Of a DNA stretch of 64,000 nucleotides, positions 34,392-43,523 are shown one piece after another. The stretch is taken from NCBI GenBank assembly GCA_020148055.1, contig JAHCRF010000002.1:28138-92137 (forward strand), given 5' to 3'. The stretch's first letter is position 1. Every line of letters starts with the position of its first letter. The translations under genes and the position numbers were made by a program. Source of the DNA: Patescibacteria group bacterium. Its GTDB lineage: Bacteria; Patescibacteriota; Minisyncoccia; Minisyncoccales; JAHCRE01. The notes beneath the pieces were generated by a model that saw only the letters and a program-made list of their open reading frames with translations, had not been told where the DNA came from and did no database searches.

Positions 34392-35261
34392 ATGGAGGAA
34401 ATAAAAAAAATTTCAATTGAGGATAACAATTATCCAAAACTTTTAAAGAAGATTAAAAATCCACCAAAAATTCTTTATTATTTAGGTGAGATGAAAGCTG
34501 AAGAACCATGTTTTGCAATTGTTGGCACTAGAAGATTTTCTCCTTATGGAAAAAGAATTGCTTTAGAAATTGCTGGAGACTTAGCCGAAGCCGGACTAAC
34601 TATTGTTTCAGGTTTAGCTCCTGGAATTGATACCTTTGTTCACCAGGCAACAATTGAAGAGGAGAAAAGAACAATTGCTATTTTGGGCACTGGGCTTGAT
34701 GAAAAAAGTATTTATCCTCAATCTAACTTAAAACTAGCTAAAAAAATTTTGGAATTAGGAGGTTGTCTAATTTCTGAATACCCCCCGGGAACTCGGGGAA
34801 CCCAATTTACTTTCCCTCAAAGAAATAGAATAATTTCAGGAATTTCTTTGGGCGTATTAGTAGTTGAAGCAAAAGAGAGAAGTGGGGCCTTAATTACTGC
34901 TAATTGGGCAAAGACACAGAATCGGAAGGTTTTTGCCATTCCTGGCTCAATTCATTCTTCAAATTCAAAGGGCTGTCATCTCCTGATTAAAAAAGGAGCT
35001 AAATTGGTAGAAAATGCTAACAACATCATAAAAGAACTAAATCTCCCTCATTTGAAGCGGAAGTTTAAACAGGAATTTGAGGGAGAAAATATTGAGGAAA
35101 ATTTAATTTTAGAGGCCCTAAAAGAAGACGCCTTGTATATTGACAAAATTATTGAGAAAACAAAACTTGAAGCTTCAACAGTGGCGAGCACCCTTGCAAT
35201 AATGGAAATAAAAGGTACAGTAAGAAACTTAGGAGGTAATAATTATGCGTTGGCGCGCTAA
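34392..35261 (+). CDS. dprA: DNA processing protein DprA
   Basis: AIVGTRRFSPYG, SGLAPGIDTFVHQA, FPQRNRIISGISLGVLVVEAKERSGALITA, VFAIPGS. Confidence 0.9.
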   Translation: MEEIKKISIEDNNYPKLLKKIKNPPKILYYLGEMKAEEPCFAIVGTRRFSPYGKRIALEIAGDLAEAGLTIVSGLAPGIDTFVHQATIEEEKRTIAILGTGLDEKSIYPQSNLKLAKKILELGGCLISEYPPGTRGTQFTFPQRNRIISGISLGVLVVEAKERSGALITANWAKTQNRKVFAIPGSIHSSNSKGCHLLIKKGAKLVENANNIIKELNLPHLKRKFKQEFEGENIEENLILEALKEDALYIDKIIEKTKLEASTVASTLAIMEIKGTVRNLGGNNYALAR

Positions 35262-35280
35262 AATCTGTTAAATATTAAAT

Positions 35281-37344
35281 ATGAACTTAATTTTAGTAGA
35301 AAGTCCTACAAAATCTAAAACTCTAAAAAAATTTTTAGGCAAAGATTATCAAATTGCCGCAACTTTTGGGCATATTCGCGATTTACCAGAAAAAAAATTC
35401 GGAGTAGATATTAAAAATGATTTTAAGCCAAAGTATATCATTGTCTCTAAATCTAAAAAGATAATTCAATTCTTAAAAAAACTTACTGAAAAATCAAAAT
35501 TAACAATTTTAGCTACTGATAGTGACAGAGAAGGAGAGGCTATTGCCTGGCACTTAACTCAGGCTTTGAATTTGGACGGGAAAAATCCTTATCAAAGAAT
35601 TGTCTTCCATGAAATTACCAAATCGGCAATTAAGGAAGCTTTAGAAAATCCAAGAAAAATTGATATGAACTTAGTTGGTGCCCAACAGGCCAGAAGGATT
35701 TTAGATAGAATTGTTGGTTATAGATTATCTCCTTTTTTATGGAAAAAAGTAGCCAGAGGATTGTCAGCGGGAAGAGTCCAATCAGTGGTAGTAAGGTTGG
35801 TAGTTGAAAGAGAAAGAGAAATTAAAAACTTTGTTCCTCAGGAATACTGGAAAATTACTGCCATGCTAAAAAAACAGAACGAGAACATTTCTCGCTCTGG
35901 TGAATTTGAGGCGGTTTTAATTAAAAAAGATGGAAAAATTATTCCGAAATTAGGAATTAAAACACAAAAAGAAGCAGATAAAATTTTAAAAGATTTAAAA
36001 GGAGCCAAATACAAAGTAATCAACGTTGAGAAAAAAGAAATAAAGCGAAATCCTCTCCCTCCTTTTACTACCAGCACCCTTCAGCAAGAAGCCTGGAAAA
36101 GATTTCACTGGCCAGCCAAATTAACAATGAGAGTCGCTCAGAATCTTTATGAAAAAGGACATATCACCTATCATAGAACCGATTCTTTAAATCTTTCTGA
36201 TCAATCTTTATTTGCAGCTAAAAAATTTATCATTAAGAATTATGGTAAAGAATATTGGGCTGGTTTTTTAAGAAAATATAAAGCCAAAGGAAAAGTCCAG
36301 GAGGCTCACGAGGCCATAAGACCTACCTATCCTAGCAAAATCCTCGAGAAACTAAAATTGGATGAGAACAGTTCCCGGCTCTATGACTTAATCTGGCGAA
36401 GATTCATTGGCTGCCAGATGGCCCAAGCTATTTTTGATTCAACAACAGTTGATGTATTAACGACAAACGACAAGCGACAAGTGACAAGTTATACTTTTCG
36501 GGCCACGGGGCAAATTTTAAAATTCGATGGATTCCTAAAGGTCTATCCTATTAAATTTGAGGAAAAAGAATTGCCACCACTTGAAATTGATGAAATTTTA
36601 GAACTTATCAAATTAATTCCTTCTCAGCATTTTACCCAGCCTCCGTCAAGATACACTGAGGCCACTTTAATTAAAGCCCTAGAAAAAAATGGAATTGGCC
36701 GGCCCTCAACTTATGCTCCAATATTATCTAAAATTCAAGGAAGAAATTATGTTGAAAAAGATGAAAAAAAACGTTTCAAACCAGCTGAAATCGGAACAGT
36801 GGTTAATGATCTTTTGGTAAATCATTTCCCAAAAATTGTTGATGTCAAATTTACAGCCGGGATGGAAGAAAATTTAGACAAAATTGCCCAGGGAAAAGAA
36901 AAATGGACCAAGATTTTAGGGAGATTTTATGAACCTTTTGAAGAAAATCTAAAACAAAAAGATAAAGAAATCTCAAAAAAGGACTTAATTGAAAAAACTG
37001 AAAAAGTCTGTCCCAGGTGTGGTTCGCTGCTTTTAATTAGGCTTGGAAAATTTGGAAGATTTTATGCCTGCCCAAAATTCCCTAAATGCAAATATACTGA
37101 ACCTCTTGAAGAGAAAACTCTGGGAATAAAATGTCCGAAATGTAAAAAAGGTGAATTGGTTGAAAAAAGAACTAAAAAAGGAAAAATTTTTTATGGCTGC
37201 TCAAATTGGCCGGAATGTGATTTTGCCTTATGGGATAGACCGACTGGCGAGTTTTGTCCAAAATGTAAATCGCTTTTAGTCAAAACAAAAAGAGGGCAAA
37301 TAAAATGCTCGAAGAAAGAATGTGATTTTAAAATTGACAGATGA
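35281..37344 (+). CDS. topA: DNA topoisomerase I with C-terminal zinc ribbons
   Basis: LVESPTKSKTL (Toprim), ATDSDREGEAI, ITYHRTDS (catalytic Tyr), three CxxC..CxxC ribbons at the C-terminus. Confidence 0.95.
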   Translation: MNLILVESPTKSKTLKKFLGKDYQIAATFGHIRDLPEKKFGVDIKNDFKPKYIIVSKSKKIIQFLKKLTEKSKLTILATDSDREGEAIAWHLTQALNLDGKNPYQRIVFHEITKSAIKEALENPRKIDMNLVGAQQARRILDRIVGYRLSPFLWKKVARGLSAGRVQSVVVRLVVEREREIKNFVPQEYWKITAMLKKQNENISRSGEFEAVLIKKDGKIIPKLGIKTQKEADKILKDLKGAKYKVINVEKKEIKRNPLPPFTTSTLQQEAWKRFHWPAKLTMRVAQNLYEKGHITYHRTDSLNLSDQSLFAAKKFIIKNYGKEYWAGFLRKYKAKGKVQEAHEAIRPTYPSKILEKLKLDENSSRLYDLIWRRFIGCQMAQAIFDSTTVDVLTTNDKRQVTSYTFRATGQILKFDGFLKVYPIKFEEKELPPLEIDEILELIKLIPSQHFTQPPSRYTEATLIKALEKNGIGRPSTYAPILSKIQGRNYVEKDEKKRFKPAEIGTVVNDLLVNHFPKIVDVKFTAGMEENLDKIAQGKEKWTKILGRFYEPFEENLKQKDKEISKKDLIEKTEKVCPRCGSLLLIRLGKFGRFYACPKFPKCKYTEPLEEKTLGIKCPKCKKGELVEKRTKKGKIFYGCSNWPECDFALWDRPTGEFCPKCKSLLVKTKRGQIKCSKKECDFKIDR

Positions 37345-37369
37345 ATAATTTTTGGTAAGCTAAAATTAA

Positions 37370-37457
37370 GCCGCGGTGCTGGAACTGGAAGACAGGATGG
37401 ACTCAAAATCCATTGTCCCAAAAGGACGTGTGGGTTCAATTCCCACCCGCGGCACCA
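37370..37457 (+). tRNA. tRNA-Leu (anticodon CAA), long variable arm, genomically encoded CCA
   Basis: Acceptor GCCGCGG/CCGCGGC, anticodon stem-loop ATGGA-CTCAAAA-TCCAT, variable arm TGTCCCAAAAGGACG, T arm GTGGG-TTCAATT-CCCAC, discriminator A + CCA. Confidence 0.9.
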
Positions 37458-37461
37458 ATAC

Positions 37462-37484
37462 AAAAAGCCCTTAAAGGGCTTTTT
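37462..37484. terminator. bidirectional intrinsic terminator after tRNA-Leu
   Basis: AAAAAGCCC-ttaaa-GGGCTTTTT (A-tract / stem / T-tract symmetric). Confidence 0.75.
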
Positions 37485-37489
37485 GTAAT

Positions 37490-37519
37490 ATCACAAATAA
37501 TACCGAGAAGGGTTCTCGG
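37490..37519 (-). terminator. candidate terminator after the BadF-type kinase gene
   Basis: Minus strand CCGAGAA-ccc-TTCTCGG followed by UAUUAUUUGUG; 8 nt after the stop codon. Confidence 0.4.
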
Positions 37520-37526
37520 ACTAATT

Positions 37527-38504
37527 TTATTTTAGATTTTCAATAGCTAGTTTTATTGCTCCTATTACTGGTTCAGCTTTAGGTTTTAAAAACTTAACTT
37601 TTGAAGCAAATTTTTTGATTTCTTTCTTTGCTGTATTTAAAAGAATTTTTGATTTAAACATTTTACCAACCAAGACTAAAGAAAATTTTTGATTTTGAAA
37701 ATTTAATTTTTTAATTACTGAAATCGCAGCTAAAGCTAATTCTTTCCCGGCTTTTTCCATAATTGAAATAGCGATTTTATCTCCCGTTTTAGAGGCCTTA
37801 TCAATAATTCTTGAAATTAAAGAGGTCCGCAAGATTGAATCTTTCGAATAAGCTTTTTTTAATAAATCTTCTTTTCGTTTTAACTTCCATTCTTTAAAAA
37901 TTAATTTTGTGATTTTAGTTTTAGGACTTCTTCCATCTAATTCTTTAAAAATTGCCTGAAAACCCTTTAGGCCGGCCCAAAATCCAGAACCCTCATCATC
38001 TAACCAACCCCAACCACCAACTTTTGCCTCTTTTTTGCCACGCCAGCCATGGGCTACACAACCGGTGCCTGAAATTAAAACAACGCCTTCTTTCTCATCA
38101 GTTCCTGCTCTAAAAGCTATAATCTGATCTGAACCAATTTCTATTTTTCCTTTTAAAATTTTAGAAATTCCCTTTTCCTTCAGAATCTCTTTTTTAATTT
38201 TGTCTTTTTTAAATTTATATTCTTCCTCAACTGCTGCCAAAGCTATGAAAGCTGATAAAATTTTTCCTTTCTTTGGTAAAACTTTTTTGATTGCTAAAGC
38301 AATATTTTGAGCTGCTTCTTTTATTCCAACATTCCTCAAATTTGAAGGGCCAGTCTTTGCCAATCTCAGAATTTTTCCTTTTAAATTGCCTAAAGCAGCA
38401 ATTGTCTTTGTCCCTCCCCCATCAACTCCGATTACATACCCGCCTGCCATCGGCCTGAGCCGAAGGCTCTGGGGGGCAAGTTGCTTCTTATTTTCTTTTT
38501 TCAT
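37527..38504 (-). CDS. BadF/BadG/BcrA/BcrD-type ATPase (N-acetylglucosamine kinase-like)
   Basis: YVIGVDGGGTKT, LISGTGCVAHG, GGWGWLDDEGSGFW. The true start may be Met19 (38450): the first 18 codons cover a GAGCC-gaa-GGCTC hairpin and lie 15 nt from a terminator. Confidence 0.8.
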   Translation of the reverse strand: MKKENKKQLAPQSLRLRPMAGGYVIGVDGGGTKTIAALGNLKGKILRLAKTGPSNLRNVGIKEAAQNIALAIKKVLPKKGKILSAFIALAAVEEEYKFKKDKIKKEILKEKGISKILKGKIEIGSDQIIAFRAGTDEKEGVVLISGTGCVAHGWRGKKEAKVGGWGWLDDEGSGFWAGLKGFQAIFKELDGRSPKTKITKLIFKEWKLKRKEDLLKKAYSKDSILRTSLISRIIDKASKTGDKIAISIMEKAGKELALAAISVIKKLNFQNQKFSLVLVGKMFKSKILLNTAKKEIKKFASKVKFLKPKAEPVIGAIKLAIENLK

Positions 38505-38518
38505 TTTTTAATTTTAAC

Positions 38519-38554
38519 AAAAAAATGGGCGTTAAGCCAATTTTGACTAACGCC
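38519..38554 (-). terminator. intrinsic terminator downstream of the 68-aa ORF
   Basis: Minus strand GGCGUUA-13 nt-UAACGCC followed by CAUUUUUUUG. Confidence 0.5.
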
Positions 38555-38652
38555 ATGGATTAAAATAAGGTTTTTAAAGAGCAATTCTGTTGTCGGAAGA
38601 AAAAAGGGAAAAAAGGGGGGGAGAGAAATTGGTTGATTAATTGGTGAGAGAA

Positions 38653-38859
38653 TTATGTAGTCTCGTATGTTGCCAGACGCGTTCGGGACCCTGGTTCTTT
38701 TATAAACAGTTGTCCTCCTAGAGATACTAAATTGGGGAATTTTTTCTGTGTTTCTTTATCAATGATTACTATCGTATTAAGAACTGCTTTTTTTTCAATT
38801 GTTATCTTTTTGGTTGCTGTACTTTTTACTCCTCTGTCCTTCATCTTTCTTCCAGTCAT
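38653..38859 (-). CDS. small hypothetical protein (68 aa)
   Basis: Own promoter, purine-rich GAAGGGG before the ATG and a downstream terminator; no family recognised. Confidence 0.5.
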   Translation of the reverse strand: MTGRKMKDRGVKSTATKKITIEKKAVLNTIVIIDKETQKKFPNLVSLGGQLFIKEPGSRTRLATYETT

Positions 38860-38940
38860 TCGTTCCCCTTCTTTCTTTGCTTCAATATTTCTTTCGGCGT
38901 TATGAAACGCTATAGTCCTTGGTCTTTCAAAGACATTTCA

Positions 38941-38969
38941 ATTATAACAAATTAAGTTATCCCCATCAA
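38941..38969 (-). promoter_or_regulatory. sigma70-type promoter for the 68-aa ORF
   Basis: Minus strand TTGATG (38969-38964) -17 nt- TATAAT (38946-38941); ~80-nt leader with hairpins GTCTT-tga-AAGAC and GCGTT-tcat-AACGC. Confidence 0.45.
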
Positions 38970-38997
38970 GTCTTTTACTTCAACAATCCTTTAAATT

Positions 38998-39120
38998 TTA
39001 CTTCCGCTTGAGTTTCTTAAAATTTTGAGAAGTGTAGTAAATAGTATTATCTTCGATATTTTTAAATACTAAAGAACCGGGTCCGATTTGACAATCAGAC
39101 CCTACTAAAATTCCAGGCAT
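38998..39120 (-). pseudogene. C-terminal remnant of a second GlmU-like hexapeptide-repeat transferase gene
   Basis: Own translation MPGILVGSDCQIGPGSLVFKNIEDNTIYYTSQNFKKLKRK aligns with the C-terminus of 40756..42006 ([32 protein letters not shown]), about 70% identity over ~30 aa. No upstream coding continuation. Confidence 0.6.
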
Positions 39121-39194
39121 TAAAAAAAGATTATAGCAAATTTTGTATTTTCACCAATAATAAGCCTTAAGGAATTAAGCCCTGTTTTACTTTG

Positions 39195-39827
39195 TTATTT
39201 TATATTGTATATTATTTTTTTCAATTCTCTTAGATTTTTTACTAAAAAATCAATGTTCTTATTATTTTTTTCTTTAGAACATTTCCCCTCCCCTCGATTA
39301 ATTCTTATAGTAGTGATATTTAGGAAATTTTTTTTAATCTCAGAAAGCGCCGCAGGGCTATCATCAACAAATACCGCTTTTTCGTTGTCCTTCAAAAATT
39401 TTTTAAAAATAGAAACTTTATTAATATCTTTGCTTATGAAAAATTTTTTGAAATAATCAGCGACTTCTGATTTTTTAATTTTTTCACTCTGAAATTTCTC
39501 TTCTCCATAAGACACAATAATCAAGTCAAAATCCTTTTTTATCTTTCTCAAAAAAGGTAGAACATCAGAATATAAAAATTGTTTAGATTGATTTAAAACT
39601 TTCTTGAATGATTTTTCCAATTCTTTAAGAGAAATTTCTGGTTTTTCCTTAATAATTAATTCAAATTGTCGAGAAGGTCTATAGTTTTTGCCTTCGCTTT
39701 TTGATTCTTGGTAAGTTTTTTGAAACGATTTCTTATCTACCTTTAACTTTAAAAGGGAATATTTAAGGGTTTCGTAGAATTTTTTAGCTGAAAATAAGGT
39801 GTGGTCAAAATCAAAAATTATTTTCAT
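39195..39827 (-). CDS. HAD-superfamily hydrolase
   Basis: MKIIFDFDHTLF (DxDxT), IIVSYGEE, VFVDDS. Confidence 0.75.
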   Translation of the reverse strand: MKIIFDFDHTLFSAKKFYETLKYSLLKLKVDKKSFQKTYQESKSEGKNYRPSRQFELIIKEKPEISLKELEKSFKKVLNQSKQFLYSDVLPFLRKIKKDFDLIIVSYGEEKFQSEKIKKSEVADYFKKFFISKDINKVSIFKKFLKDNEKAVFVDDSPAALSEIKKNFLNITTIRINRGEGKCSKEKNNKNIDFLVKNLRELKKIIYNIK

Positions 39828-39829
39828 AT

Positions 39830-40597
39830 TTAGCCTTGGATTTTTTTAAATTTTCGGCCGTGGAAAATTTTTGTTACATCTCCTACTTCTTCCAAATCTT
39901 TAACAAATAATTCATAATTTTTATTAACTTTATGAACCGCCAATACTTCAACTTTATTACAGGTTTTTTTTCGATAGGGGGAATAAATTAATGAGAAATA
40001 AACATTAAGCCCTTCCACTAATTGAGAATATCCTCCTTCTTTTTCTTGAGAAGTATGCAACCTAATTGTCCTTCTTTTTTTCTTCCATTGTTTATCAATT
40101 GGGATTCTTAATACTTTTTCAATAGCACCGGGATCTTGTTTTAAAAAAGGAAAAAACCAGGCACAATAATATACTTCCAATGGTTTTATTTTACTTCTTT
40201 TGATTGCCTCTCTTCCTATTTGATAAGTTGCTCTATGATCTATATGGGCTTCTGTTTTTCCAGGTAAAAAGACAATATTTGGTTTAAGATCCTCTATTAA
40301 TTTAATTAATTTTTCTATAATTTTATCTCGTTTTTTCCTATTTATTTTTCCCAAAGTTCCGTCCTCAATATCAAAATTATAAAATTTATCTATACCTAGA
40401 AATTCTCTTTCTTCTTTAGCTTCTTTTGCTCTAATTATTCTTAATTTATTCGGAGAAATTTTATTACTCCCGTGCCTCCCATCAGTCATTTGAATATACA
40501 TAATTCTCCAACCCTTCTCTAAAAGTTGAATTAATGTTCCGCCCATCCCTATTATTCCATCGTCATCATGATAATTTATAATAATAGCTTTTGGCAT
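39830..40597 (-). CDS. PIG-L / LmbE family deacetylase
   Basis: IINYHDDDGIIGMGGTL and EAHIDHRATY resemble the AHPDDE and HxDH zinc motifs. Confidence 0.65.
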   Translation of the reverse strand: MPKAIIINYHDDDGIIGMGGTLIQLLEKGWRIMYIQMTDGRHGSNKISPNKLRIIRAKEAKEEREFLGIDKFYNFDIEDGTLGKINRKKRDKIIEKLIKLIEDLKPNIVFLPGKTEAHIDHRATYQIGREAIKRSKIKPLEVYYCAWFFPFLKQDPGAIEKVLRIPIDKQWKKKRRTIRLHTSQEKEGGYSQLVEGLNVYFSLIYSPYRKKTCNKVEVLAVHKVNKNYELFVKDLEEVGDVTKIFHGRKFKKIQG

Positions 40598-40755
40598 ATT
40601 TTGATTGAGATTAACAAAGTTAACTTGTTCTCGCTTATAGTTTTCCCTCCTAATCTCTTAGAAATCCAAGTCTGCGGCCGAGACTTCTATTCCCTCTTGA
40701 CATATCCACTCAGAATTCACTCAGAAATCTTTTCTTTTCAAGTCTCAGAAAAGCT

Positions 40756-42006
40756 TTATCGGGAGGATTTTTTAATTCCTTTAAATTCAGTATAAAAAGT
40801 GGTGTTGTCTTCAATATTTTCGAAAACAACTGAATTAGGACTGATATTACAATTAGCACCAATTAAAATTCCTGGCATTAGAGAGACGTTGATTCCGGTT
40901 TTTGAATTTTCTCCCATAATAACACCCAGAGAATCAAGTCCCGTTCTAATTTTCTCACCCTTAACTACTGATTTTATCTCCCTCCTATCAATTCTAACAT
41001 TGGCGGTTATTGTCCCTGCTCCAATCCGACAGCCTTTACCAAATATTGAATCACCAAAGAAACCAGAATGAGTATGAACCTTTTCTTGACAAATAGATCT
41101 GGTAACCTCAGCCATTGCCCCAATTAAGACATTATCTTCTAAATTAGTATATTCTCGAATTAAAGAATTATTTCCTATAATACAATTTTTGCCAATATAA
41201 CAAGGTCCTCTAATTGTAGCTCCCTCAAAAATTCTTGTATAACCTCCAATAAAAACTTTACCTTTAATGGTTGCCTTTTTTGAAATCTTAGAAGTTTTGC
41301 TTATTTTTGAATTTAAATGGTTCTCGAATAAATATTTACAAATTCTAAACAAATGCCAGGGATATTTTAAAGAAGGGGTTTCAACTTCGCTCTTTTTTAA
41401 AATTACCACTCTAACATCATTTTTTTTCATATATTCTGATAAAGCATCTTCGAAATCATAGAGATGTTTTTTAACTTTTTGATAAATTTTGAAAAATCCA
41501 GACTCTAAAAGATAAACCCCTATTACTCTTATATTTGATGGCTCTTTTCCTTTTTTGGGTTTCTCAATGATTTCCAAAACTCTATCTCCCTTAAGCCTCA
41601 TCGTTCCATAAAGTTGAGGATATTTTGTTTTTTGGCCAAACAAAATATTTCTGGATTTTGATTTTATATTCTGAACTATCTCATCTACATCTACCCTCTC
41701 GGCATTCAGAACTAAAAACCTACTTTTCACTAACTTTCTTGCCTGCCAAAGGGCATTTCCCATCCCCTTAGATGTTGATTGAACAAGATATTTTATATTT
41801 ATTCCGAATTTATATTTTTTTAATTCTCTCTCAATATCTCTTTTGGATCCCTGAACAATTATGATTTCTTTAGATCCTGCCCTTTTTAAGCCTTTCAAAG
41901 TATAAAAAATCAAGGGCTTTCCCATGATTTTAATTAGGGATTTATGTCTCTTATTCAACGGCCAAAAACGAGAGGATTGACCAGCAGCCAAAATTACAGC
42001 TTGCAT
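40756..42006 (-). CDS. sugar-1-phosphate nucleotidylyltransferase with C-terminal left-handed beta-helix acetyltransferase-like domain (GlmU-like)
   Basis: [18 protein letters not shown] (NTP-transferase G-loop); hexapeptide repeats from ~aa 240 ([13 protein letters not shown].., [10 protein letters not shown]..). Confidence 0.8.
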   Translation of the reverse strand: MQAVILAAGQSSRFWPLNKRHKSLIKIMGKPLIFYTLKGLKRAGSKEIIIVQGSKRDIERELKKYKFGINIKYLVQSTSKGMGNALWQARKLVKSRFLVLNAERVDVDEIVQNIKSKSRNILFGQKTKYPQLYGTMRLKGDRVLEIIEKPKKGKEPSNIRVIGVYLLESGFFKIYQKVKKHLYDFEDALSEYMKKNDVRVVILKKSEVETPSLKYPWHLFRICKYLFENHLNSKISKTSKISKKATIKGKVFIGGYTRIFEGATIRGPCYIGKNCIIGNNSLIREYTNLEDNVLIGAMAEVTRSICQEKVHTHSGFFGDSIFGKGCRIGAGTITANVRIDRREIKSVVKGEKIRTGLDSLGVIMGENSKTGINVSLMPGILIGANCNISPNSVVFENIEDNTTFYTEFKGIKKSSR

Positions 42007-42938
42007 AATTTAATAATTACTTTAGTTATTTTTTGGGGATCGTGCTCAATTGCTTCCTTTAATAAAAGATTCCTGCCGATAAATTTTGCCTTCGGTAAAT
42101 TTTCATTCACCTCTACTAACTTCAATAACTCTGGATGTTTCTTTTTATATTTTTTAACTATCTCTTTTCTTGGAACAAAATTATTATAAATAACATAATC
42201 TAATTTGTCTTTTAAATATCTTTCTATTTGGTTTACAAAATCTAAAACAGTAAAATCATTAGTTTCACCATATTTTGTCATCAAATTGCAGAGATAAACT
42301 TTTTTGGCTTTGCTTTTTTTGATTGCCTCTGGTATTCCTTGAGTTAATAAAATTTGAGAAAGAGTAGAATACAAATCACCTGGCCCTATAACTATCAAGT
42401 TGGCTTTATTTATTGCCTTTAAAGCCTCAGGGTAGGCCTTAGCTTTTGGTTTCAAAAAAACTTTTTTAATTTTTAAATTCGCATTGTGTTTTGGTTTATC
42501 AATATTTGTCTCACCTGAAATTATCTTTCCATTTTCCAAAATGGCATAGAGGTTTGCCTTATCAAGGGTTGAGGGTATTACCTGGTGGGAAATATTTAAA
42601 AGCCTTTTTACTTCTTTAATAGTTTTTTCGTAATCTCCGGTGGCGAGTTCCAAAGCGGTAATTAAAAGATTGGCAAAATTTTGCCCTTTTAGTTCGCCTG
42701 CCTGAAAACGATAATTAAAAAGGTCTTGAATTATCGGAGAGGTGTTGGCAAGGGCGATAAATGATCTCCGGATATCACCAGGGGATAAAATCTTGTAATC
42801 TTTTCTCAATCTGCCAGCTGACCCTCCCGAATCTAACATGGCGCAAATTGCCGATATTTTGACTGGATATTTTTTAAGCCCTTGCAAGACTGTCTTCGGC
42901 ATAGCATTTCCTCCACCAAGACACACAATTTTTTTCAT
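41994..42938 (-). CDS. YvcK/CofD-family protein (UPF0052, gluconeogenesis-factor-like)
   Basis: [22 protein letters not shown]...[30 protein letters not shown]. Confidence 0.75.
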   Translation of the reverse strand: MKKIVCLGGGNAMPKTVLQGLKKYPVKISAICAMLDSGGSAGRLRKDYKILSPGDIRRSFIALANTSPIIQDLFNYRFQAGELKGQNFANLLITALELATGDYEKTIKEVKRLLNISHQVIPSTLDKANLYAILENGKIISGETNIDKPKHNANLKIKKVFLKPKAKAYPEALKAINKANLIVIGPGDLYSTLSQILLTQGIPEAIKKSKAKKVYLCNLMTKYGETNDFTVLDFVNQIERYLKDKLDYVIYNNFVPRKEIVKKYKKKHPELLKLVEVNENLPKAKFIGRNLLLKEAIEHDPQKITKVIIKLCKL

Positions 42939-42946
42939 ATTTTAAA

Positions 42947-43516
42947 TTACTTAGCTAATTTGAAGGTTTTTAAATTTAAATCTAAATATTTTTTAGGAAT
43001 TACTTTTTTGATTGCCTTTGAAATTGCATGCGGTTTCAGGGGTATTAAATTGTTAACAGAAGCATAGCTCAAAAGAAAAATTCCAGCTGTAATCTTGGCG
43101 CCCACTCCTTTTTGACAGATTTCTGAAGCTGGAATGAAAATTATTTTTTGGGAAAACTTTTTAATCTCTTTTAAAATTTCTTTTTTATCCTTGATTTTTC
43201 GATTTGGAATAGGAATAAAAAAATCATTAACCAGGAAAATAGTCTCTTTTGAAGCGAAATGGCATCCTCTTAAAGATTCCTGAGCTTCTAGAGAAATTAT
43301 TAAATCGGCTCCTCCTTGGCTAACCAGGGGAGAATAAATAGTCTTGCCAAATCTAAGATGAACCTCTACCGATCCCCCTCGCTGGGAAAGTCCATGGAGT
43401 TCAGAAGTTTTCACATCATATCTTTCCATTAAAGCCGCTTCGGCAATAATCTGCAAAAGAGTCAATATTCCCTGTCCTCCAACACCATTAATGAAAAGAT
43501 TAAAGTTTTTTTCCAT
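42947..43516 (-). CDS. iorB: indolepyruvate/2-oxoacid:ferredoxin oxidoreductase, beta (gamma-domain) subunit
   Basis: INGVGGQGILTLLQIIAEAAL...SELHGLSQRGGSVEVHLRFG. Confidence 0.75.
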   Translation of the reverse strand: MEKNFNLFINGVGGQGILTLLQIIAEAALMERYDVKTSELHGLSQRGGSVEVHLRFGKTIYSPLVSQGGADLIISLEAQESLRGCHFASKETIFLVNDFFIPIPNRKIKDKKEILKEIKKFSQKIIFIPASEICQKGVGAKITAGIFLLSYASVNNLIPLKPHAISKAIKKVIPKKYLDLNLKTFKLAK

Positions 43517-43523
43517 TTTTGAA

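Noticed and set aside
37191-37463. 90-aa minus-strand ORF
   Set aside because: It overlaps the topA 3' end and the entire tRNA-Leu gene on the opposite strand, so it is spurious.
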